A stretch of DNA of 64,000 bases, taken from Ophelia neglecta (taxonomy: Eukaryota). A program made the position numbers and the translations under genes. The notes beneath the pieces are model-generated. The model saw only the letters and a list, made by a program, of their open reading frames with translations. It made no database searches and was not told the origin of the DNA. Below, in pieces: positions 14,456 to 28,630 of the stretch. Every line of letters starts with the position of its first letter. Positions within the stretch are counted from its first letter, which is position 1. Location: contig OZ260661.1 in assembly GCA_965285935.1 (NCBI GenBank), positions 63,054,001 through 63,118,000 on the forward strand, given 5' to 3'.

Positions 14456-15005
14456 TGTATAGGCCATTCGGGATTTATGTGAAAATGTTACTCATTTTGA
14501 ACTGTGTTAGAGTATATCTGGCTTTTAACTTCGGCAATATGGAACTGTTGAGAAATGCCAGGTTCAGTGCGTGCTAAGGACCATAGCAGCTACTACCTCA
14601 TTGCATTGATTAGCTCTTTAAGAAAATTTTATTCACACTGTTTATTAAAAAAATAATAGCATACACAGTGAGTTATGATATAGGCCACTGGACGAAACTG
14701 ACTTTAAAGTCAGGATTAAATTTTATGGTAGATTCACAATATTCGATTTATTTCAGTCAACAACTCTGTGTGAAGTTCAGAGTGAAAAGTCCTAATCGAA
14801 TTCAAATAACAAAAGTAACGTTAGTAGTATAGAATTTGGTGCCTATGGGAAATAGTCAAATGAGTATGCTCGCGTTGGCTTTATAAGTCAATGACTTATC
14901 GATTGTTCAACTTAAAACATACATGCATCAGTCAACACCTAGAATACGTTTCAAAATATTTTGATTCCAATTATTGACTTATATCAACTTCACAGGTAAA
15001 CAATG

Positions 15006-15326
15006 TCAGCTCATGGAAGTTGGAATTCCTGACATCAGATGTGACTTCGTCCGTCGCTTGGCACTGAATGGTTTACCAGTAATCGAGTAGGGTAAAAAAC
15101 CTGGCCATGGGTACATTCCGACTTGGCATGGCGATAAAGGATCAGCGAACAAAAATCGGGTAGTTAGAAAGGGGAACAAACGACTCTCGACTGCTTCTTC
15201 CACTACCTTCTTCCGCAGTAAGCGTTTCGACTGACTGTTTTGCTGCCAAGTCCTTGTCATTTTTTTCTGGTCGCTTCTCGCTTTCTTCTTTAATTTCCGT
15301 TTTGCGAGTTTGTGGCCGTAAATCAT
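15006..15326 (-). CDS. Putative small basic protein, 106 aa, or terminal exon of an unknown gene
   Basis: MIYGHKLAKRKLKKKARS...GMYPWPGFLPYSITGKPFSAKRR...; GC-richer island with minus-strand AATAAA signals downstream (about 14627 and 14641). A second overlapping frame (15142-15585) is also open, so the true frame is uncertain. Confidence 0.4.
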   Translation of the reverse strand: MIYGHKLAKRKLKKKARSDQKKMTRTWQQNSQSKRLLRKKVVEEAVESRLFPFLTTRFLFADPLSPCQVGMYPWPGFLPYSITGKPFSAKRRTKSHLMSGIPTSMS

Positions 15327-16499
15327 TTCCGTTAAAACAGAAGATAGAAATGTTAAAACTATTAATATATGTGGTCGACATGTGATTGTCTGAGTAGGCC
15401 TGTCCGCTGGTGCATGCTCTGTCGGTACGAAGCAAATGATATAGAACATATAACTTTGGGGGTTGACCAATCAGAGGCCTGGATTTACAGTGTATTACAT
15501 GTACTAAAAGGTAAAAGGTACTTTGTAAAGCACGGTACAAAATTAGGCGGATACATCTCACCGCCTCCGGCCTAATACCCTCCAATCAATGCATCATTAA
15601 CACCTCCTTACAATTAATACTAATTTAGAGCCTCATAAAAGTTACAAACACGCATAAAGTATTATCTCAAAGAAAATAAGAAATTAAATTTCAAATTAGA
15701 TAGTTTTAGATTAAATGCCAGAGCAAACATACGTAAACCAAGGAGGTGAATAGAGTAGGGGATGTAGTAAACAGAAAGAAGAACATATGACAGAGCCACT
15801 TCCGGTTATCAGGGAAGCCACAACCATCTACAACATTTCAAGCCAAATAAGTCATATTCTAACGTTACATCTAAAATTTTTAGGAATGTTCTAAAGTCAA
15901 TAACATGTGTAATATGCTATTGTGGCCTTATGGCAACATATGCCCATTCAGAGACGTATAAAGTCATCTGACTTTGTCTTCGCATAATATGCGATTTCTC
16001 CTTATGTCTGTTAAAGCTTCAACCGCATTCTGTTATTGCTTAAATAGACATAGAAAATATGTTAAATATTGCTCGTTCTGATTTATTGCACTGCAAGGTT
16101 AGAAGTTTACTCTAGGGTATCGAATATTTTTTCTTTGTATAAGACCGCAGTCAGGCGCTGTAATATCTCCAAAGAGCGAACGCCCTTTGGCCAGTTGGCA
16201 GTGACGCCATAAAAATTTACAAATACACGCGCAAAAATTAAGGGGGTTATTTTTTCTCCATACAAAGGTACAATGCAAATAAGAATGAAAGCGCATGGCG
16301 TAATGACAAGAGGAATCTTAGAGGAAATCAATCTCCCTGTCTCCAGTTTAATCAAGACGTTTCATCAATCTCTCCAATGTGTATTTGGATATTTCAATGT
16401 GTGGTGCCAGGAACAACATCAATACTCTAGAACATGCATCATGATGACGCACCTCTTTCACGTCAGGGTAATTTCATCATGCTTTTGTCACGATATGTA

Positions 16500-17510
16500 T
16501 GTAAACACGAATTACGAGTTCAAACTCGAAATGTCCGCTTTCTAAAACTCGAAAATATGAGAAAAAATGTGAAATTGTAGATTTTTAACTCGAAAGTTTG
16601 TCTCTAAAAAATCTATATTAGCAGTTAAAATCTTGATATTTCGTCTAAGTAAAACTAGAAATTAAGATAAAAATCCAAATTTCAAGGCGAGGGGGGGGGG
16701 AGAAGGGTGAAGTGGTTTGGAAGGTTGATAAAATTTTACCTTTATCAAATGTGGAGTCATCACTTTTCAACAGTTGCAGGATCGTAAAATTAATAATGGT
16801 AAATAAAAGCCATCAATCTATTATTCAAAACTGGTTGGTCAATTCACAGGCTAGCAGCATAAAATAGTGTAATGCTGCAGACTCCGGACAAAGATATTTG
16901 ACTTTGCAAATAACTGGGCCTATATAGCCTAAAACTGTTTTTTTTCTTAGAAATGTACAATTCCTCATTATTATTATTGTGTAACGCATTTTGAGGATAA
17001 AGTTCGTTGAAAATCTCCACCTTGAAAAGAGTCTATATAAAATTCACCCGCTTGTCTGGACAGTAATCTTTATTTTCTACTTATAACCAAATATCAAATT
17101 CTAAATTCTTGCTAGTTTGGTCTGAAAAATTCGGGAAATTTATGAGATATTTATAGAATTTCATTCAGGTCTTGCCCCGCTCTTTGCGCTATAGTAATTT
17201 CGAGTTTTTTCATAATTTTTCGTCTTTTTCGAATCTCTAAATTTCGAAATTTTTATTTATTCGTTATTTGGTGCTTTTTCTCGTGAAAGACAAAAATTTA
17301 GAAGAACAAAATTCTAAACTCGTAATTTGATCATTTTTGTTCGTAATAATTTCCAGTTTGTTCTCGTAATTTCCAGTTTTAGAAAGACGAATTTCGTGTT
17401 TAAACACACTATTTCGTGATTTATCTTGTAAGATAATGTTTTTCCTAGTAATTTCTAGGTTTTTCTCCTAATCATAAGTTTTAAAAACATTAAAATTCGA
17501 ATTTTCTCTT
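16500..17510. repeat. Degenerate inverted-repeat (MITE-like) element with AAAACTCGAAATTACGAG-type subrepeats
   Basis: 16503-16563 (aaacacgaattacgagttcaaactcgaaatgtccgctttctaaaactcgaaaatatgagaa) aligns with the reverse complement of 17361-17420. Many short TTTCGA/CTCGTAATT subrepeats lie in 17190-17510. Confidence 0.55.
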
Positions 17511-20500
17511 CTGGTGCCGGTGGGAGACGTAAAATCTCTGAATGACCGATTCATCGATTGAAACACAGACTATATTGTATTGAAGATATCTGCTTAATTC
17601 AACGTAATCAATTTTTTAAATATGATACTTATATTAGCAAAATTGTGAGCGATTGTAATACTTGTATTTTAATGCACGCAGTGGGATTAAGGAATACACT
17701 TTTAATGTAAAAATATATGGGAAGATATAAAAATATAACAAATGAACCATGTTATTATTACATTCGCCACCAAAATGATACCATCACATTACAAAAGCAA
17801 TTGAAAATAAAATAGCCACATTTATCACGTTGGCACATACTGCTGCATGCCTTCTGAACACTGAAGTATTTTGTTGCATTGGTGTGTGCTTCATATTATT
17901 ATCAACATGTTTGGAAGGGTTATATAATACACAAGTAATTTCTTTATTCAAGGGTAAATTGTACCATTTAGTAATCCAACATCAAAAAATGGAATGAATT
18001 TGCATAGTTGCCAAACCATAGTATGCCGAGTATATCTCTATGAATAAGCAATATGCTGGTCCACGGCGCATGCGTCACCAACGATTTCTATAAAAAAGGA
18101 AATGTGGGATACATAGCGTGTAGCTACCCAACGAAAAAGCCACGGAATATATAGACACTGAAATAACACCTAGATTTAGCAACGTAACATATGCACCAGA
18201 CCTAGTAAAAATATAGTGTATCGGACAGTCTCTATGAAATTAAAACATAAAAAACACATTTTTCACTCTCTGTTGTATAATATATTGTTACTTGCAGCTT
18301 TCCAGGTGTGATTTAAATTAACATTTATCTTTCGTTCTTTTGTGATTGACATGTTTTATATAGCTGGACAAAGTTACAACACTTTGTTTTAGTAGGCATC
18401 CTAGGAATAATGCAGATCCATACAAGGAAAAATATCATTTCTTGTTAAAATTATTATGACGTCATGCATGCATGATATCAATTTGAAAGTAGGTGTTTGA
18501 TAATAATGTTTTTTTTTTTTTATTTCGCAAACAGTGTTCATTAGAAAAACTGTTGTCGTTCGGTTATATCATCCGCTAGATAAATGTGTATACCATGTCA
18601 AACGTCTACAGTGGCCATATATATCTAGGCAATAGAATGAGGTATGTTCCCTTAATTTTCAACTACGACGAGTTCCTGGAAAAAAAGTATTCCTAAATGA
18701 AACAATACAAATAAGTAGGCTAATTAAGAACGTTAAAACATAACAACCAAACAGTACGTTCTGTGTAGGCTTACTTGAAAACTGTGAGATCCAGTCAACA
18801 CATTTTTTCACAGACCAACTCCGCTTATATATCGATCTCTACACAGTGGTTTGACGAGCCCTGACATATTCTCCTTATAGTATCTATAGTATCTATAGTG
18901 CGGTATCTAGTCTACATCTATCTAGATAACATTAGAATGTATTGTTGGTATGTGGAAATATTTAAAATGACTTGGCACAAGGGACATGGTAGAACAGTTC
19001 ACAAACTGTAATTATTCTTAATAATAGTGGGAACACCCAACAAGTTCGCACATTGTGCAACTTTATGTACATAAATTGAATTGCTTTAATTTCTTTAAAT
19101 ACAACCATGAACTGCACCTTATCAATATATATTTGTAGCACTATATTTGAAGCTCTATCGAATGGTACTATTGATTTCTTTGTGTATTTGGGGGAAAATT
19201 ATGGGGACAAGTTTTGAAATTAAAAAGAACATTGCCTTTTATACAGTATCACATAGTGAGTGATTTTGGAATAAGCACTATGGGACGGCGGATACCAGCA
19301 TCATTTTCTATTTGGCAAAATCACGCTAAGACAGGACAATTGGTAACATGGTTTATTCCTTTTGACAATGTATTTCTTTGGCAATCACGTTGACTTTAAA
19401 CTTATTTGCCTGTGCAATTACCAATTTGTGTCATGCTACTTGGCTTTTGTCCCCAGCTTTTCTACCCAGACTCTGACAAAAGCCACAAGACAAAGCTGCA
19501 AAAAGTGCGCGAAGTTAGGCGGTCTTCCCCATATTGTTTTTTCTATTCCTATGTGTTACCGAGCGACGCAGTTACATTTGTGAATGAAAACAAAGCCGTG
19601 ACTGTGTTGAATATGGTTATATTGGAAATATAACAAGTCCTAAATTCACAAAGGTGGGGGAACTTACCCACCACATAAGAGTATTGGTAATATCATTTAC
19701 AGAAGAACATTAATAAATGCACAATTTTACTGCAAATGAGTAGATAATAGTGTTTTGAACAACATACATGCACTTGCAAATTAATATAAATTAAACTAGA
19801 ATAATATGTCATCAGAAATGTCGAAACATAAATACAAGACAGGTGGAGCAGGGGAGGAGGTGGGCAAAATGTACTACCTTCTCTCTGGAGGGTCAGGCTG
19901 AAAAGGACCAACCCAGACTATGTCTGGCACACTTGGCTGAACATGATCATGTGATCATTAACATATACCTTATAAGTGTCTACAGCTGGTTACAAATTTC
20001 ACTGCAGCTGACCACTACAGCGCGTTCCAAAATAACATGCAGTCATCTAGATGGCATATAGCATACAAAACATACTGGAGAATTACAAGGTGATGTATCA
20101 AAGAGTTTTAAATAATAACACAATAATAGAAATTACTTTATTGATACAATAAACTATATATATGGCTGCGCCTGACTCACTGCACTTAGGTAGAAGCTTC
20201 TTTGCAATGTTGTGTCAAACTAAGTAATTTGACTTGAAAAAGGTCATTAACAGTTTATTTTGCAATGACAACTATTATACATAACATAATTATCAGAGCT
20301 GGCTCCTAGCTGACACCATAACATATATAAAGACCATAAAAGCTTATTCTACTACACATTAATACCAAGGAGCCAGCCACCAATTAATTTCACGAAATAA
20401 ATAATACTGGTAAAGATAATTTTGAAAAAACTTACAGGCAAAGATTGCAAAGATGGGGTGAACACCATGCCATAAGGCCATGAAAATTAGCCCGCTCCAT

Positions 20501-21006
20501 GTCATATATGCATGCTAGCTTGTATGCGCTTCACCTTTAATAGTTAATAAATTTTAGGTTCTAAGTCATGGTTAGATACTAACTTTTCCACTAAGTGTCC
20601 AACCGTTGAAGTTTGAATTTTTTTCATGTGACCTGCCTACAAAATAATTACGTTTACGTGCATCCATTTGTGTTCATGGCTCTTTCATAGTTTGTACTTG
20701 TTTTACGTCAATAAATTTTATGATATCTGTTCCTTTGTTGCAAACAACTTTAATAGCGATAAGCCTATTTCTGGGCTTTTATTCATTAAAATTTAGTCAA
20801 TTATTTGTATGAATGTGGAATTAATGACTTGTTCATCTCAATATCTAGCAAGATACCTTCAGGTAATCGCAGTCATGCCATCTACCGAGAGCCATTTGTA
20901 ACATTGTAAACATGGATTGTGGTGTTTGAGACACACACTTGCGGGGGTCAAAGTCCATCAGAGATAAGGACGACCCACATTTACCTGTATCGGCCATGAA
21001 AACAAA

Positions 21007-23018
21007 ATGACGGGCTTCTATGGAGCATCGGAATATGTGAAAACATCGTTTATAATTTTACTTATAACAGGCGTGGTACATATTGTGTCGTATGCCGCGC
21101 CTTATTGGACGACACGGTACGATGGACATGCCGGCTTGTGGTGGGGATGTACGGACGGCGTCTGCTACGAAAGATACAATCTGTGGGTAGAAGGTAAGCA
21201 TCAGAAAGGAGCCTTAACGTTATAATGTAAACAAACTAGAAATGGACACAACATGAACTCTTCCTATTAATTTGTTACGTGTGGTACATGTCATCTTTAT
21301 TCGCAATTTTTATACATAAAACTTAGCTCAGTTCGAAGTAGCGGAAGAAAATTTATCTTAATTTTATGACGTCATTTGACTATTACTTAAAGACTCAACC
21401 CTTAATGAAGCACAAAGCTACGTCAAGTTAAGGTATAATAAGAATTTTATTTTCTTACAAGCTGAGCTGCAATAATGAACATTAATATGGAAGGGTTTAA
21501 CACTAAAACATGAAAAAAAATGCTTAGAAAGCAAGAATGTTGCAAAGGTGCTTTAAGAGATTAAACCGCCGGAAGTTTAATGAACAGGTAAAACCGGAAC
21601 CAAAGGCATAACATTATTCATATTACAAATATGCACTGAATCTCTTAATCCTAAAGGTGTCGCCATTATCGAGCAATGTAAATGATTAAGCCACAATTTC
21701 ATGCTGCAGCTAAGCAGTATGGATGTTCTGCATGAATAACTGAGCATCAATAATCGATGCAAAAAATGTACTTTAAGAGAGAAAAAATGCTTCATGAACA
21801 AATAATATTATAACATAATAAAAGTTAGATCGAAAACAATTGTTTTTTAATGATGCGATATTCTAAGTGAATTATATGATAAGGATTAGGTTCCATAATA
21901 TCGGTCCAGGTATTTTGTCAGTTTTATCCCTTGGAAACATATTATAGACCACTATTGTGTGACAATTGATTTTTCTTACCGGTTACCTGTTTGCAAGCCT
22001 ACATTAATAAACTGGCGTAAAATGGTTAGGCTAACCTTTATCTATCAATTTAAATTTGGCAATTAATCCTGAGATAATAGCAGGGACACGTATGAGGTAG
22101 TAGAATTTTTTTACCCATGCATTTAAACTGGGCCTGAAGTGAGCTAAATCGATAATCACCATGGGATGCGGTGAGATTATTAAGTCCAGGGTTTTGTGTC
22201 AGTCATGGCGAATAAGTGCATAGTTGCCGTTACTTTCCTTACAGAATACTCGGATTTGACGTATGAATACAATTTACTGGGCCATATTTCCAACAAAAAA
22301 AATATACCATAAAAATGTTTTAAACACGATCGATCTTTCCATTAACTTACCAAATATCTACAAGTTTGAGATTGCTGCACTTTGAGTTTAACCATTCATT
22401 TCGTATGCAATATCTCTAGCCATCAAAATAGTTCAAAATATATCCTGGATGACCCTATGCATTTAAATGAATTAAGCTTACGGTACAATTCTGTAATTTG
22501 TTTCAGGGTGGATCAAGGCTGCCCAGACATTTATGACTGGAGCCTTAATCACGTGGTTTGGGGCAATGGTCTGCCTGTTTTACTTCATTTTCCACCGGGA
22601 ATGGGAGGAGGACAGAAGGCTTGTCTTTGTGGCTAATATATGCACATTTCTAACAGGTAAACCCATGATCATCGGTGAAGAAAAATGATTTCCTTTATGT
22701 TCGTATGACTGTATAATTTTAACGTTTTGAATGGTTATAATAAGAGACATATGAAAATTATAAATTAATATCTTTAATGAATATAAGTAAACCCTAAATT
22801 CTATTGACATTGTTTATCTATTATTTCCAGCTTTATTTGTATTACTGACGGTTTTGATCTGGGCTGGCGGTGAATATTTAGGAAGTGGTGAAGCCCTGAA
22901 CTGGCCCTACGCCTTCGCCTGCGCATGCGCCATATCATATTTCATTTGTGGAGTATTCTTATACCTTGAAATGCGGTCACCGGTCGATCATGACAGAGAA
23001 AAATTGTTGACCATTTAA
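21007..23018 (+). CDS. PMP22/EMP/MP20/claudin-superfamily tetraspan membrane protein, 174 aa
   Basis: Exons 21007-21193, 22507-22656 and 22831-23018; GT-AG introns, both phase 1; 525 nt in total. Four hydrophobic segments and the signature PYW...GLWWGC..GVC in loop 1. Confidence 0.9.
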
Positions 23019-26000
23019 GACTAGATATAACCGTTTCCAATGTTTGAGTTTTAGGCCTACCATCAGACTTATTGTTAGGAAGGGAAGTTTGAAAATTGGA
23101 AATTCATTCAGAAGAAAACTGCTAATAAACTTGGTAGGAGCCAATTAAGGCTTACTTGAACTCACTCATAACACTTATTTTCATACATTGAACATATTAC
23201 TAGAACATTTTTCATTTCTTACCCATTTTTTTTCTTAATCAGCTTAGTTTCTCATACATTAAAGTTGTTTTCTCATTTTGTGTATACGTTTTAAGAGGAG
23301 GGGAAATAGGTGTGCCAAGTGAATTTTTGTATGAAAAAAAAACTTGATTGATTTTGATTTATACTACATTTAGTGGCCATTATATAGAATTATATTTAAA
23401 AGACTATTTCTTACATGTATCACTAGGAACAAATAAATCATCGTTCGATAGGTACACTTATGTTTATTTGTCGATTTAATATTTTCTTTTTGGGCTTTTG
23501 TTAATTTTTCATATCTGTGTTGCCACCATGTAAATGTATCATATATATCCCTCATTGAGCTTAAACTGCTAAATGTGGGAGAGACATCCTGACAAAGCCC
23601 CTATGTCATATATATTCAAGTTGATTTTGGACAAGGCAGAATATCTTAGCAGCTGGAAAACCAGATTTATTACACAAATATTTAAAAAGAGGGATTTCAT
23701 TGGCTATATTCAGCTGTGTTAGCAAAATTCCGAACGAAATTGTGTACAAAGTTATTTCATAAGGTATTTCAGGAAACGTTTAAAAAGTAATAGAAAATAT
23801 GCATTAGTACCCATTGTATAGTTTAGTTAAAGACCCAGAAATGCTTGGCAAAGCAATAAATTCAAACACAGGATTACAAAAAGGGAAGTAATCTAAGTTA
23901 AACACTCTCAATTTATGACCAAAATGACGTGACTCTAACTAAACTAAACTCAGTTTCATGAGTTGGTGACTTGGTCCTGATTTCTGGGTCTAGCTCAGGG
24001 TTGCAAATCTGCCTTGACCAATTAGATTCTTATTTTAAGAAGTGCTACACGGTCAATTCAGATTAAATTTTATGCAATTGCGCATCGGAAATGTCAGAAG
24101 TATACAAGAACCTTTTCAGACGAAATTAAAATGTTGAAAACTTACAGTTACGGATCAAAGTTCCTAAAATAAAATTCCGGGCTCTTATCGTCCTACATAT
24201 TATAGCTTTAGTGAAAAAAAGGTCCCCCAATGGCAACATGCGTCGTGGTGATTTTGTTGCTCATACGAAAAATTGGCTGACGCGAAATTCACTCCTGTCA
24301 TTTGGTAATTAGTCTTTCATCATTCTTTATACAGATTATATGACAGAAGTTGTTTGGTAAAAGTGGTAGTATACTGTTTTGATTATAATAAAACAATGGC
24401 AGAATTGATACGAATATAATTTCCAAATTAAATAATACACTGCCTATAGTATGATACACCCATGCCAATGTTTTACTCAGATCACACCTTTTTTTGTTGC
24501 TCAGGTCACCTGACACACCATCATGTGCGGGAACTTCCCGAACAAATTCGTTTTAAAAACACCTCAACAAAATTCTCAAAATTCTCACGTGAATAAAACG
24601 TGATTAAGGAATTATTACAAAAGGTATGAATAATGGGAAGGGTACTTTGACTCGATCCAGGCTCTCTGCGTTCTAAGCCCAAAACGATAATCAGTACTTT
24701 TTGAAAAAATGTGGGATTAAGGGAGGGAAATATAGGAGTGTTGATAAACGCAAAGTCCAAATATACTAAATATATCAGAATTGATATTGAATATTTTAAA
24801 ATATCAAACACGTATATTATTTCCGTTGACCAAATAATTTTAGAGCGTTATCTTTTGTTCTATATTGTCTGTGCCCTTTGTTTGATAGTCGTCTCTTCCA
24901 ATGACAATTAGATCTAGAGATAAGATAAACCTAACTCCAGTATTTATAACGGTCTGTGTTATACGTAGTCGATGACAATGGAATGTGGATTAGAACTATT
25001 TTGGTTTGTTTGTAAACAAAAACAACAAGATATGAGTATGGCATGCACCGGATATCTGTAAATCTGTATAAATGAGACAAGGATATGCTTATAGCATTAA
25101 AACAAACTGTGACGCAGTAAAAGAATGGTATAAAGTATAATATATAACACGGTCCAATGCTCAGTTTGTAAAAGTAACGGTACATTCAGTCCCAAAAGTA
25201 AACTATTGTTTCTATCAACTATGAATTGTTTGGTCCAATTTGACAGAAGAGGAGACGCAAACTTGCTTGTTACACAAGTGTCAGGTTTAAAAGAACTGGG
25301 TCTTATTTGAAATATATTTCAGTTGTTCACAGGCTCAGACAGGCTCATTGAATTGCATATTATTTGGATCACTAGGAATGTGCATTCTTGTGTTTGTACT
25401 TCATCATTCCAATGGAAGATCTTACCTATATGGCCAGCAAGTGGTACGTTACAACAAGTATAATATGAAAGAGCCAAAGGCCATACGGTAGACAAAATGC
25501 AAAATTGGGTTATTGTGTTTGAATTAATGAAAGAAATTTCTATATGCCTACAGCAAATGAGACCCTTTACCCATGTATGGAGTATTATTAAAAGTGAAGC
25601 CACAATTTGTTTAAATACTTTTCATTTATTATTGATTTCGTGGCCAAAAGCCCTATAATAGAATGCATTGAACAGTAAAAACTCTACTAAATCAATTGAT
25701 TCTACTCTTCCTGCTTATTAATAAGTTGCTAAATTTCGGAGGTAGAATGAAGATAAAAATGTTGACTATCCAATGAAAATTTAATCAAATGTTTCAGGCC
25801 TATTGGCCTACATTTTATTTAAAATGAATAATTCGCTGTTATGCCGGTGGATCCTACATACCAATTTACCATAAATAAGGAAGTAAAGGTACATTTTCAT
25901 CATTTAGTTGAGTAATTGTTTATTTTCTGTATTTCAAATGGTACATTGATAACGTCTTGCGGGATTGCCGGCATATAAGTATAATATAATCATTTCCTTT

Positions 26001-27144
26001 TTATCTGGTTCATTTTTTATTTCAGTGTGTTCTGGAGTCTGGCAGAAGTACAGGCAAAAATTTATGAAGTTTTCTGTCTGCTAGATAGCAATAGACTAAA
26101 GAAACAAAATACTACGAATGGAAATTGCATGATAAAACTATCTTGAAGGTTATCACACGTCAGATCTTTACGTCAATGCATACCTCCATTGATAAGGACA
26201 CGTGATAAGTGAACAGAAAAACAATTATTATGACACCCGTACTTGATGACTTTTAATTAATGAACTGTTGTAGTAAGAGACTGTCACTCACAAAAAAAGA
26301 AAAGTTACAGGGTTAACCACACCGTTTATCCCCTCACTGAGTAAAGCTATGATTGGCATCAGGTTTTCAGTAGGCCGTATCACAGTTAATTGTACTAAGG
26401 ATTCTAAATGTTTGTCCCCAATTTTGAATTTTGAACCAAAACGTTTGAAGTATTCATGGACATCGGTAATTCAGAAGTGGCGCTCTCAAATTTATCATAT
26501 ATTGCTTAATAAGCACGCAGAAGCGTTGTTTATTTTAGTTGGTATTTACATGTAAATTCCTAGATGACCTCCCGTCGTATCAATTTACCTGTGAAACTAT
26601 TTATTGGCTATCGTGTAACGGTGACACTTTAAGGAGCGACCAAAGCACGTGGCCCTAGAGTGGCCAGAGATATATAGTTGGTGGATTGAGGGGGCGAGTG
26701 AAAATTACATCAAGCCACAGGAGGCCACACCTGCTCTTTCCCTTATTTGGTCACCCAATTCACAAACAGAAGACAAGCGAGCAAATGTACAAGGCGAACC
26801 TTTACGTGTTTCTTTGTTGTTCACGATGGGACGCTATTTAGGTCATTCCTGCAGGAAAGCGGTATAATTGTAAACCCGTTTCAGGAATTCCATGATGACA
26901 TTTAATGTAACTTTTAAAGAGCTATTAAACCATAAAGTCTTGTTGTGAGATTGGATCCCACCATAAGTTTTTTAATCAACGACGGTTCTTGTTTTATACC
27001 GACTTGTTCATCTTTGACAGAGTTTATCTTGGGACAGGAATCTTATCATTTTATATGTGGATGAACGTAGCGGAAGTTCTCGGTGGACAGGGGGCCCTAT
27101 TCACCTCCAAAACGGCGGGAGTTATCATAAGCCGCTACCCGTGC

Positions 27145-28630
27145 ATGGCTGGACTGAGGTCGGCAACTGTGGGTACGCGAGTAGCCGCTATATTGATGTT
27201 GTTTTCCCTATTCTTTCTTTTGGTGTCGATAGCTTCACCATATTGGATACAAGCCCACAATGAGCTGGGCTCATCTCATTCTGGATTGTTTCACGTCTGC
27301 ATTCTCGGAAAATGCGATGAATTTATTCACCACAATATTGCAGGTAAGCATTTCCCATCCTTCTGACAACAATGGAACTTACTAGTCATCACGAATATTA
27401 TAGTCGTATAATTCCAGTGAACAAGAAAAAGAGACGCGTCACTAATACATGGAAGCTTGTTATATTGCTTTAATTAATACCCAATTATTATTTTCATGAG
27501 TTCAATATTACGACTCGGAATAAATGCAGAAAATACTGATCTAAATAATATATTATGTGCCTATGGTTAGTTCTACCTGAAAAGATACCGGTACATGTAA
27601 TTTTTTTTGTTAATAGGATGGTTCCGGGTGGTCCAGGCATTCATGATACTTAGTGTGTTCACTTGCATAGCGGCCGATGTAGCGCTGGTTCTGTACATCT
27701 TTCTTATAGCTCTAGAAATATTCAGGCGCCGCTTTCTCATGGCGGCATTCGGGTTTAACGTTACGACAGGTATGAAGAACGAAGTTATAGTCTTATAGCC
27801 TATCTAAATATAAAATACACCATTCATAATCCCTTAGTTTTTTTTCGTACGCAAAGATTAGGCCTATTATGTTCCCCTGTTTTTGACCCATGATAGAATA
27901 TTCTCATTCTTCCCTGAAGATACAGCTATAAACAAATTTACAGAATACAATAAATTTACAGATGCGAGTATTGTAGTGGCAGCGTAATGGAAAAAGATTG
28001 ATATTCCTTAAAAAACTTTTAAGTTGTTTTTGTTCCTTCTTCTATTGTTTGTGTGTGTGAAACTGCATAAAAATAATTTCAGAAATACTAAAAAATATAC
28101 CTCATTTTCCTCCGTTTAATTAATTTGGTGCTTACGCATGCTACGATGACAATAATAGAAGCATTATAAAAAGGTTAATAGCTAGGAAAATTACAAAGTT
28201 TTATTTAATTGCAGCTGTGTTGACCCTCATTGGTATAATAGTATATGGAACTGACGAGGGGACAGACATTTCTACATTGTCATGGGGCTTTTACATGGCA
28301 ATAGTCTCGGCATTCTTCAATGTAGCCTCTTCAACTGTTTTGGCGATGGAATTCGTACACAGGCCGCCAAAACCAGTCGATGAACGGATAATATTACAAC
28401 CACAAACTTCCCTGGTGGAAATTAGAGAGTCCAGATCAGCTTCAGTGCTCTCGGTTCTCTCGCCTACTCAAAATCCGGAACAGCGCCCTCTGAACAAAAC
28501 GGAAGTGCGCATGCGCAGTTACTCAAGTAGTGTCGGAAGTCCGCCATCATTTGGCAGCCCACTTGAAACTGTAATGTCCTTGGATAGTGACAATAAGTTT
28601 ACATATGATTCGAAAGCTATTCCAACGTGA
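27145..28630 (+). CDS. PMP22/EMP/MP20/claudin-superfamily tetraspan protein with Ser-rich C-tail, 255 aa
   Basis: Exons 27145-27343, 27617-27769 and 28215-28630; phases 1,1; 768 nt in total. Signature SPYW...SGLFHVC..GKC, then WFRVVQAFM and LSWGFY. Intron positions equal those of the upstream paralog. In-frame upstream ATGs could extend the N-terminus. Confidence 0.9.

Noticed and set aside
15075-15144. TGA read-through or selenocysteine in frame 15142-15585
   Set aside because: No SECIS or redox motif is evident, and the extension is short.
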